A stretch of DNA of 64,000 nt from Roseibacillus sp. (GTDB lineage: Bacteria > Verrucomicrobiota > Verrucomicrobiia > Verrucomicrobiales > Akkermansiaceae): positions 396,675 to 460,674 of the forward strand of contig JBPOGI010000004.1 in NCBI GenBank assembly GCA_051251855.1, in the 5' to 3' direction. A program made the translations under genes and the position numbers. The number at the start of each line of letters is the position of its first letter. The first letter of the stretch is position 1. Below, in pieces: positions 28,482 to 36,612 of the stretch. The notes beneath the pieces are model-generated. The model was not told the DNA's origin and did not search any database. It was given only the letters and a program-made list of their open reading frames with translations.

Positions 28482-30614
28482 TTAGTAGAGATCCGAATCT
28501 TCGCCTGCCGTTTGCGTAGGCTTGCTATTTGCTTTCACAACGCTCTTGTTGCTGCGATTTTCAGGCTCTGCTGAAGGAGCGTAGTAGGTGTAGTAACTTG
28601 TGTAATATTGATACTGGTTGTCACTACGAATGTCGACATTGTTGAGCACCACGCCGATCACCTGGCCACCGACGTTTTCAACAGCCTGCTTCACTCGCAA
28701 CAGCATATTTCTAGGAAGTTTTCGGTGCTGAACCACAATCATGGTGAGGTCAACTTCACTCGCAAGTACGGAAGCATCACTTACGCCAAGAATTGGTGGT
28801 GAATCAATTAGGACGAGATCGAAGCGTTGCTTCACATCTTGAACGAGCTCTGACATACGTCGAGAGTTCAAGATACCAGCCGCATCCGCAGGCAATACGC
28901 CAGAAGGCATAAAGTAGAGATTATCGACCGGAGTTTGGAGAATGACGTCTTCCAACATCAAGTCTGTGGTAAGATAATTTGTTAGTCCTACCGAATTATT
29001 GATATCAAAGAAGGTATGCAAGCGCGGACGACGAAGGTCAGCATCAATCATGAGGGTGGTATAACCGCCTTGCGCACAGACGTAGGCCAAGTTCACTAGG
29101 GTGGTAGACTTACCTTCACCAGCTCCACCGGAGACGACGGTGATGGAGTTGTCTTCTGGATTCTTACGATTGAACTCAATGTTCGTTCTGAGAATACGAT
29201 AAGCCTCGGCATCGGGGCTCATTCCACTTTGCTTGTGAAGAACTCCCACATCCTTTGGAATCACTGCCAAGACTGGAACTTGAAGAAATCGTTCGACGTC
29301 TTCCAAGCTCTTCACGGAGGTGTCGATGTATTCCAAAAAGAACGCAATCGCGATTCCAAAGATAAGTCCAATCACCGCACCCAGCACCAGATTGAGAGTC
29401 ACTTTTGGGCTCACAGGCTTTAGACCCTCCTTAGGGTCTTCTTGAATCGTGATCGGCTCCCTTGGCGATCGTAATCCAACCCGCTCAGAGGAATGCTTCA
29501 ACTTAAGCTCCTGAAGAAGAGCTAATGAAGACTCATAGTCCCGAGTGGCTTCGCGGTAGTCGTGCATTTCAGTAGCCAGATCAACAAGCTCTGCATCCTT
29601 CTCCTCCCGAGTTCCCTCCATCACGAGCAATTGCTCAGAGATCATCTCATAGTTAGTTTGTAGACTCTCTCGTAGTGTAGAGACCGCTGCATCAAGGTCA
29701 GTTCTCAACCCCGAGAGCCTTTCTTTTTGAACATTCACTAACGGATGCCTCTCGCCAAGACCTGTTGCTTTCATTGCCTCCAATTCTCTACCTGTGCTTT
29801 GAAACTCACCATGTAGCTGCCTGACTGAGTTGTTATCAACAGGGAGTTCAGCCGCGTAGCGCAAAAGTTGGTCGCTATCGAGAATCTTAAGTCGATCGAG
29901 ATAGATTTTATACTGATCTCTATTCTTTTTCATGTCGAAGGCATTCCGCTCTGCAATCATTTTGAGCTGAGTCTCCGTTGTCTGAGGACTATTATGTGAT
30001 CCCTCAAAATAGGGCCTCCCAGTAATCCTTACTATTGTATCTAAGACTTTACGCTTCGCCTCTACCTTGTCCTTTTGGTCCTCAATTTCCGCATCAAGAG
30101 CATCAAGTTGATTCTCAGCTCGCTGCGACTCTTCCTGATTTCTTCGATTTTGATAGGCCGTTGCAACTTCAGCCGCCACTTCGCGGGCAACCTCAGCATC
30201 AATATGTAAGACCGTAATCTCGATCAGGTCAGTTCCTGTTCTCTGCTTTGTCGATACCATTCCTTTTAGCGCAGAAACAACTGAGTCCTCATCCCGTCCC
30301 CATTTATTTTTTAAGTCGAGAGAGTCAGCGACGATTTTCAATGTCTTCGCTGCACTAATCACCTCAAACTGAGTTGCAAAATACTGTCTTGATTCCAAGA
30401 TCCCTAAGTTGGATCCGAATCCCTGCCCAGGATTATTTACCTGCACTACTGCGGTGCTGGAATACTTCTTGGGCATCACCCGAGTAATTACGGCCGCTGT
30501 TAAAAAAACGAGCAGAAAAGTCAGAAGAATAATTCCATATCGATTCCGAAGTACCTGCCAGTAGTCAATGGCATGGAGGGAGGCTTCGTTGGAAGGTTGA
30601 GGGTTAGAGCTCAT
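28482..30614 (-). CDS. wzc: Wzc-type co-polymerase / BY tyrosine autokinase
   Basis: AEAYRILRT, GAGEGKST, IDADLRRP, IDSPP, and a C-terminal Tyr cluster YQYYTSYYTYY. Confidence 0.93.
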   Translation of the reverse strand: MSSNPQPSNEASLHAIDYWQVLRNRYGIILLTFLLVFLTAAVITRVMPKKYSSTAVVQVNNPGQGFGSNLGILESRQYFATQFEVISAAKTLKIVADSLDLKNKWGRDEDSVVSALKGMVSTKQRTGTDLIEITVLHIDAEVAREVAAEVATAYQNRRNQEESQRAENQLDALDAEIEDQKDKVEAKRKVLDTIVRITGRPYFEGSHNSPQTTETQLKMIAERNAFDMKKNRDQYKIYLDRLKILDSDQLLRYAAELPVDNNSVRQLHGEFQSTGRELEAMKATGLGERHPLVNVQKERLSGLRTDLDAAVSTLRESLQTNYEMISEQLLVMEGTREEKDAELVDLATEMHDYREATRDYESSLALLQELKLKHSSERVGLRSPREPITIQEDPKEGLKPVSPKVTLNLVLGAVIGLIFGIAIAFFLEYIDTSVKSLEDVERFLQVPVLAVIPKDVGVLHKQSGMSPDAEAYRILRTNIEFNRKNPEDNSITVVSGGAGEGKSTTLVNLAYVCAQGGYTTLMIDADLRRPRLHTFFDINNSVGLTNYLTTDLMLEDVILQTPVDNLYFMPSGVLPADAAGILNSRRMSELVQDVKQRFDLVLIDSPPILGVSDASVLASEVDLTMIVVQHRKLPRNMLLRVKQAVENVGGQVIGVVLNNVDIRSDNQYQYYTSYYTYYAPSAEPENRSNKSVVKANSKPTQTAGEDSDLY

Positions 30615-30660
30615 TTGTATTTGGATGCAGCAGTTGCTTGGGGCGCTTTACGCTAGGATT

Positions 30661-30710
30661 AAAAAAAAATCAACCCCCACGGTAAGTGACACCGGAGGGG
30701 TTGATTTGTT
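30661..30710 (-). terminator. Intrinsic terminator/attenuator between the barrel gene and wzc
   Basis: Inverted repeat AATCAACCCC...GGGGTTGATT with an A9 tract (U-tract on the minus strand). Confidence 0.7.
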
Positions 30711-30730
30711 CAGATTTTGTAGTGGGAAAC

Positions 30731-31957
30731 TTAGAAAGTTGCCTGCACTCCTAATTGGACGCGATTACGATCATATTCACGGTCATCGAAGTCAGAAACA
30801 GAAGTCGTGAAGTTGTAAGAGCCTGTTAGGTAAAGGTTATCAGACATCTGATAACTAAACCCTGTGTTTAGGTTCAACAATCCCTCACCACCCTCTTGAG
30901 CACCAGGTCCACTTCCATCAGCAAGATCCTCATAATCAGTCAACACGTAGTTTAAGCCTCCGAAAAGACTAAGTCGTGGATTAAGCGCGTAGGTCGCCTT
31001 GGCTCCAATTCGGAGGGTCTGGTTCTGCTCGAAGCGATGAACGATGCCATCTGAAACAAAACCTCGGTTCCAGTTCTCGTTTGCATAGCGAACGAAAACA
31101 TTAGTGCTCAGCTGCTCTGTCAGACTTGACCGCAATGCGCCTTCGAAGAAAGGACGTGTGCGGGAATCGCCACCATCGGGCTCGTTAACTTGAACACCTG
31201 CACGAAAGACGACAGCGCTGGTTGGACTCAGCCTATGCTCAACACCTCCAACGAGATAATGTGATGTCGCGTCGCCGCGCCTATCGCCATCATTAGAAGT
31301 CACACCATAACGATATCCAGCAGTTACAACGGTAGCAGGAGTCAGACGGTAACGGAAGTCATGACGAAACGTAACCTGAGTGTAGTCAGAATCATCAATG
31401 TCATTGTAGCTCACTCCACCAAAAGTCACACCTGTCTGGGTTCCCAAACGGTCTGACCAACGATAGCCGACGGAATTGTTACTACTATAGCGGAAATATT
31501 CACCCACACGACGGTCACCACCAAAGCCATAACCGAAATCTGGCTCATTTTCCAAAGCCAAAAGATTACGGCTAGAGAAGCGAAGACGCTCACTGAAGCG
31601 ATGAGTGAAGTTGAGGCCCAACCGAGCATCGAAAGTCGTAGAATCCACATTAGCCCCATCAATATCGTTCAGATAGTAACGAACTCCGAGGCGGGCGAAC
31701 ACTTCCCAAGTAGTTTGGGGAGAGACACTAGCCATATTTGCTTGAACAAATCCGCCAACGTAAGAAGAACCGTCAGCACCTCCGTCGAACAGAGGCGTTG
31801 GATTGTCGTCATACCCGAAATTCGCACCCACAATGTAAGTCAAAGGAAGACTGCTGTCCGCCTCGTCATCATTTGGAGCAATACTGTAGAGCCCTTGAGC
31901 GGACACAGCGGCACAAGGAAGAAGCCCTGCAAAAACTGATTTTGTAAATAAATTCAT
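30731..31957 (-). CDS. Outer-membrane beta-barrel protein (BBP2-like), second copy
   Basis: Signal peptide, GYDDN motif, amphipathic strands, C-terminal QATF; upstream of wzc. Confidence 0.87.
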   Translation of the reverse strand: MNLFTKSVFAGLLPCAAVSAQGLYSIAPNDDEADSSLPLTYIVGANFGYDDNPTPLFDGGADGSSYVGGFVQANMASVSPQTTWEVFARLGVRYYLNDIDGANVDSTTFDARLGLNFTHRFSERLRFSSRNLLALENEPDFGYGFGGDRRVGEYFRYSSNNSVGYRWSDRLGTQTGVTFGGVSYNDIDDSDYTQVTFRHDFRYRLTPATVVTAGYRYGVTSNDGDRRGDATSHYLVGGVEHRLSPTSAVVFRAGVQVNEPDGGDSRTRPFFEGALRSSLTEQLSTNVFVRYANENWNRGFVSDGIVHRFEQNQTLRIGAKATYALNPRLSLFGGLNYVLTDYEDLADGSGPGAQEGGEGLLNLNTGFSYQMSDNLYLTGSYNFTTSVSDFDDREYDRNRVQLGVQATF

Positions 31958-31990
31958 CTTAAAATATAATTCGAAATTTGATTCTAGGCG

Positions 31991-32560
31991 CTAGTCCTCT
32001 GTTGGAGAAAAATCGTCAGGAGTTTCGGAAGGTGGATGGAAGAAAGTTTCATAAAACGGGTCACCACCGGGACCACCCTTAACCAAAGGGCCGTCGAGAG
32101 GATCGCCAATTGCGATAGGCTCAATGGCATTACCCTTATCGAGGCCACCTTTACTGAGACCACCTTTAGAACTTCCAGCACTTTCACCGCTTTGAGGATC
32201 AAAAGAAGCCAAAACCTTCTGAACTTCGCTTACGGAGTCAGGAGCAACTGCAACAGCGCACTGAGCAATGAGAACCATTTCATCAGGAGAAGCAACAACG
32301 GCCACTTCAACAATTTGGCGGACAAGGTCCTTATCAGCTTCAGTCGCGATGATAGCAGCTTTTACAACTTCACAAGCGCAACCAGAATTTGCGGAAACTT
32401 GCGCTTCGACAACTTCGAGGACTTTCGCTTCGTCTGCTTTTACTGCCTTAGCAACAAAAGCTTGGATGTTTTTGCAGCTCTTTTCCGAATCGGCCGCGAG
32501 GACCGCTGGGGTGGCAGCCAAAAAGGCGGACACGAGAGCGAATTTCAGTGTTCTTTTCAT
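31991..32560 (-). CDS. Hypothetical secreted helical, Cys-containing protein
   Basis: Signal peptide; C...CACEVVKAAI...IAQCAVAVAPD; low-complexity Gly/Pro tail. Confidence 0.8.
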   Translation of the reverse strand: MKRTLKFALVSAFLAATPAVLAADSEKSCKNIQAFVAKAVKADEAKVLEVVEAQVSANSGCACEVVKAAIIATEADKDLVRQIVEVAVVASPDEMVLIAQCAVAVAPDSVSEVQKVLASFDPQSGESAGSSKGGLSKGGLDKGNAIEPIAIGDPLDGPLVKGGPGGDPFYETFFHPPSETPDDFSPTED

Positions 32561-32603
32561 AATTTGTTCTCCTAGGGTGAACTGTTTTAGATTGTAGGGG
32601 GAA

Positions 32604-32674
32604 AGCGGGTAGAGGGAATCGAACCCTCATGATCAGCTTGGAAGGCTGGAGCTTTACCATTAAGCTATACCCGC
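32604..32674 (-). tRNA. tRNA-Gly (anticodon TCC), CCA not encoded
   Basis: Minus strand GCGGGTATAGCTTAATGGTAAAGCTCCAGCCTTCCAAGCTGATCATGAGGGTTCGATTCCCTCTACCCGCT forms a cloverleaf. Confidence 0.97.
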
Positions 32675-32687
32675 GCTTTCAAAGAAC

Positions 32688-32716
32688 GTTTTACTTGCCT
32701 AACTAACAGACCGCAA
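32688..32716 (-). promoter_or_regulatory. Putative sigma70 promoter of tRNA-Gly
   Basis: TTGCGG-N17-TAAAAC on the minus strand, ending 13 nt before the tRNA. Confidence 0.45.
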
Positions 32717-32815
32717 GGCTTTTTTCAGTTCCTTTTCAACGATTTTACTTCGGACTTGAGAAATACTCAGAAACATAACCATCTTACTATTAATAAAATA
32801 GGAGCCAACAAACTC

Positions 32816-33568
32816 CTACAAGCCCGTTGGCAGCTCGAGAAACGTGCTTTTTAGCCCAAATTTTTCTTTCAGAACGTCTCCAATTTTCCTGACTCCAAAG
32901 GTTTCCGTAGCGTAGTGACCCGCGTGAATCACCGAGAGCCCCAACTCTTCTGCGAGCGGAAAACTCCAATGGGGACCCTCCCCAGTTAAAAAGGTTTCGA
33001 TTCCAGCCCGCGCAACCAATTCGACCTCGCTTCCTGCTCCTCCAGTGATAACTCCCAACTTTCCCACCTTCTCTCTGGCACGAGTTGACGAAATGAGAGG
33101 GCCAACTTCTTTTGCAATGGTTTCCTCAAGCTCACCCCAGGTCCCATCCCATTGGCCAGCAAGCCCCAATTCTATCCCCTTCCAAGGAAGAAACTTCTCC
33201 TCTACTGAAAGCCCTAAACTTGCCGCCAAAAGCGCGTTGTTCCCCCACTCAGGATGAATATCGAGCGGGATATGACTGCTATAGATAGCTAACCCACCAT
33301 CAAAGGCCGATTTAAGCTTTCGGAATTGTCCTCCCGTCAACATCTGAACTCCCTGCCAAAACAATCCATGATGAACAACGAGAAGATCCGCCTCCTCGGT
33401 AACAGCCTTCTCAATCGCAGCCAAACTTGCATCAACCGCGACTGCGACTTTATTCACCTCTCCCCCATTCTCGAGTTGCAGCCCATTGTGAGCACCCGAG
33501 TAGTCCGGGACCTCCGCTGTCTTCAGTTCTCTATCCAAAAACTCCACGATCTCACATAGCTTCGCCAT
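32816..33568 (-). CDS. Nif3-like dinuclear metal center protein (YbgI family)
   Basis: D...NGLQ, VHHGLFW, HIPLD.H...GNN, GHYATETFG. Confidence 0.95.
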   Translation of the reverse strand: MAKLCEIVEFLDRELKTAEVPDYSGAHNGLQLENGGEVNKVAVAVDASLAAIEKAVTEEADLLVVHHGLFWQGVQMLTGGQFRKLKSAFDGGLAIYSSHIPLDIHPEWGNNALLAASLGLSVEEKFLPWKGIELGLAGQWDGTWGELEETIAKEVGPLISSTRAREKVGKLGVITGGAGSEVELVARAGIETFLTGEGPHWSFPLAEELGLSVIHAGHYATETFGVRKIGDVLKEKFGLKSTFLELPTGL

Positions 33569-33683
33569 GTTCTAAAACAATCCGCCTTCACGCGCCTCAG
33601 CAACCCCACACTTTGACCACCTTTGAGACTTGTCTCACTTTTCACTATTCAAAAAGCCCAGACCTCCCCATTAATCGGCCCCC

Positions 33684-34985
33684 ATGGCCGACATGCAAAA
33701 CACTCTCGCCGCGCCCGCTTCACTAGAAGGCACTTCCCTTCATACCGGTGAAAAAGTCACTCTCACCCTCAAGCCCGCTCCTGAAGACCACGGATTCGTC
33801 TTCTGCCGCGTGGACCTCCCGGACAAACCTCTTATCCCTGCCAATGTTGATTTGGTCGAAACCGTCGAGCGCGCAACCACCCTTTCCGTCGGGTCCACCC
33901 GGGTCCATACGGTCGAGCACGTCATCTCCGCCCTTGTCGGTATGGGTATCGACAATGCTCTCATCGAGATGGACGCCAACGAGCCTCCCATCGCTGATGG
34001 ATCTTCAGCCCCCTTCGTCGAGCTCATCAAACAAGCCGGCATCCAAGAACAAGAAGCTCCCCGCAAAACTTGGCACATTCGCGAGCCTCTTCACCTCGAC
34101 CTAGGAAATGGCTCCCTCATCACCATCGTTCCCGACAACAAGTTCCGCCTCACTGTCACTAACGTGGGTCGCAACGACCTTCACACCGAGCACTTTAGCT
34201 GCGAGGTAACCCCAGAGTTTTACGAAAAGGAGATCGCCCCCGCTCGCACCTTCACCTTCTACGAAGATGTGGCACCTTTGTTAGAAAAAGGGCTTATCAA
34301 AGGCGGCTCACTCGAAAACGCAGTCGTGATTCGGGGCGAAAATGTGATGTCCAAAGAGCCGCGCCGCTTTGGCAACGAGTTCGCCCGCCACAAAACCCTC
34401 GACCTTATCGGCGACCTCATGCTCGGCGGGAAACGTATCCTCGGACACGTTATCGCCGTCGCACCAGGGCACGGACCTAATGCCAAAATGGCTGCGCTCT
34501 TGAAGAAAGAGTATGCTAAGATGATGACCTTTATCCCCCCAGTCATCATTCCCCAAGGAGAAGCAGTGCTTCACGTCACCGACATCCTCAAGATCCTCCC
34601 CCATCGCTACCCCTTCCTTCTCATCGACCGCGTCATCGACTTCACCGACAAGACCTGCACCGCGATCAAGAACCTCACCTTCAATGAAGACTTCTTCCAA
34701 GGTCACTTCCCCGGTCACCCGGTCATGCCCGGTGTCCTCCAACTCGAAGCCATGGCCCAAACCGCCAGCGTGCTCGTCCTTCGCATCCCTGAGAACCAAG
34801 GCAAAGTCGGCTACTTCATGTCTGCCGACAAAGTGAAATGGCGCAAGCCCGTCACTCCAGGCGACACCCTCTTCATCGAAGCCGAAATCGTTTCCTTCCG
34901 CCGCGGCATCGGCCAAGCGGAATGCCGTTGCTTGCTCAACGGCGAGGTGGCATCGAGCGCGACAATTAAGTTTGCGGTGCAATAG
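33684..34985 (+). CDS. lpxC: Bifunctional LpxC deacetylase / FabZ dehydratase
   Basis: LHTG, TVEH, PIADGS, ARTF, RHK.LD.IGD, followed by LPHRYPFLLIDR and GHFPG.PVMPGVL.LEAMAQ. Confidence 0.96.
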   Translation: MADMQNTLAAPASLEGTSLHTGEKVTLTLKPAPEDHGFVFCRVDLPDKPLIPANVDLVETVERATTLSVGSTRVHTVEHVISALVGMGIDNALIEMDANEPPIADGSSAPFVELIKQAGIQEQEAPRKTWHIREPLHLDLGNGSLITIVPDNKFRLTVTNVGRNDLHTEHFSCEVTPEFYEKEIAPARTFTFYEDVAPLLEKGLIKGGSLENAVVIRGENVMSKEPRRFGNEFARHKTLDLIGDLMLGGKRILGHVIAVAPGHGPNAKMAALLKKEYAKMMTFIPPVIIPQGEAVLHVTDILKILPHRYPFLLIDRVIDFTDKTCTAIKNLTFNEDFFQGHFPGHPVMPGVLQLEAMAQTASVLVLRIPENQGKVGYFMSADKVKWRKPVTPGDTLFIEAEIVSFRRGIGQAECRCLLNGEVASSATIKFAVQ

Positions 34986-35035
34986 CGCACGGAGAGGTAA
35001 ACTTCGCTTTCGCACCAAGGCTCTCTTCCTTTTCT

Positions 35036-36568
35036 CTACTCTTTAATAACCTGACCAAAGGCGTCAACCAAGACCATCTCCAGTCTCAGAATATAGCGTT
35101 CATCTTCTGTTTTCTTCAGAAGGAATTCCTGATGCACACCTTCACGATAGGTCACTCCACTGCTGAACTGGAACTTTTGTTGGTCATCGAAATCGCTCAA
35201 CAAGCGCGCATCGTATAGGACTCCCTCCCCTCCTATGGTTGGCTGCGCTTCCAATTTCCATTTTCCTGATTCCCAATTCCAATTCACTTCGGTGGTTTCG
35301 CCGCTCCGCCCCGACAAAATCGATTTTGCAAGCATCTTCCTTTCTTCTCCACTCTCGACCAGCAGGGAAAAACAGGTCTGAAAATTCTTAGGTGCTCCAC
35401 AATGCAATTCCGACAACATCTGATCAACGAGTTCGAGCTGGTCCTTGTTCCGGAGTCCAGCGACCAGAAACCCCTGCAATCTTCCGTAGTAAACGAAATC
35501 TTCCTCGACCAAATCCACCCCAGAGTCCTCCAAGGATTTCCGAGAATCTACCCACTTCTGCGGTGGAAAGTATTTCCGAAGGATAGAAGGCAATTTTTCT
35601 TCGGCTGCAAGCTCTGGAATAGATGTTTCCTCACTATCATCGTCCGCAAAGGGATCATCAAAACTTGGTTCATGCAAGTGCACCGACATTACGCTTCCAA
35701 CGTCCCAAAAGCACAAATACCTGCCACCTTCATCACATCGTAATCTTCTGCCAAATCCTCGATTCAGAAGCACCTCAGGCACCTCCTTTTCTATTTCAAA
35801 CAAATGCCAATCATGCATGGGGGGACCACCAACGAGAATTGTCTCGGGCACCAATCGAGCCACTCGAACACCACCTTCGTCAATGACCCCCAACTCCAAA
35901 AAATAGGACGCTTGGTCGGCAATCACTAGACCCGTGTTGAGAGCATACTTCGAGGACTTAGTCCCAAAGCTCCAAGCCAATTGAATATCATGAAAACCGT
36001 CTTGGTGGTCCAGCGTTGACTGGAATTCGAGTTCACATTCCAACCCCTCTGGCCCCTTGAATTTTTGAGTTCCAACTTCCCCACTTCTGCCAACGCCCGC
36101 TATTCCAAAAAGTAGCCGCTTCTCTATTCCGTCCCATTTTTTCTGCCAGTCAGTCCACCCTAGGCTTGCTTCCTCAACATCAAATACCTCCACTCCCAAA
36201 CGAACAGTCTTGGGTATTATATCCACCTTATGTCTTAGTTCTAAAATACTCAGCTCATGGGCTGGAGCTTTGGCCACCAAATATCCCGTTGTCTCATTGT
36301 AAACAATCCAGCCCTCGGCCGCGCCAATATCCCAACGCCGATAATGTTCTGACAAGTCCCACAGCACATCGCCCTCATGGATAAACCGGCTCTCCTCAGG
36401 CTTCACCTCAGCAGCCACCCGTTCTGGCATCTCATCATCATACTCTGGCGCCAGCTCCATCCGAAACCGCTCGGGACCCAGCCAAAAGGCCTCAATCGAC
36501 AACTCTTCCTCCGCCTGAAGAACCGACACCAGCAGCAGCCAAAGAACAAAGAACCTCATCTTTCCCAT
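35036..36568 (-). CDS. Secreted protein with two tandem secretin-like modules
   Basis: Signal peptide; two copies of [YN..TG.LV.....L..(V)E/D]-PK.....-GRSGE-LE.Q.T-D..L-(N/S)(T/S)G. Confidence 0.65.
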   Translation of the reverse strand: MGKMRFFVLWLLLVSVLQAEEELSIEAFWLGPERFRMELAPEYDDEMPERVAAEVKPEESRFIHEGDVLWDLSEHYRRWDIGAAEGWIVYNETTGYLVAKAPAHELSILELRHKVDIIPKTVRLGVEVFDVEEASLGWTDWQKKWDGIEKRLLFGIAGVGRSGEVGTQKFKGPEGLECELEFQSTLDHQDGFHDIQLAWSFGTKSSKYALNTGLVIADQASYFLELGVIDEGGVRVARLVPETILVGGPPMHDWHLFEIEKEVPEVLLNRGFGRRLRCDEGGRYLCFWDVGSVMSVHLHEPSFDDPFADDDSEETSIPELAAEEKLPSILRKYFPPQKWVDSRKSLEDSGVDLVEEDFVYYGRLQGFLVAGLRNKDQLELVDQMLSELHCGAPKNFQTCFSLLVESGEERKMLAKSILSGRSGETTEVNWNWESGKWKLEAQPTIGGEGVLYDARLLSDFDDQQKFQFSSGVTYREGVHQEFLLKKTEDERYILRLEMVLVDAFGQVIKE

Positions 36569-36612
36569 GCTGCCTTTTTCCCTCCCTCACCACAAGAAGT
36601 CATCTGCTGCCA

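Noticed and set aside
11451..32674. Genomic island integrated at tRNA-Gly
   Set aside because: There is no integrase, I saw no duplicated tRNA 3' end, and the core genes yggS and prc lie inside the region.
33684..34985. LpxC-FabZ fusion as a novelty
   Set aside because: This fusion is already well known in several phyla.
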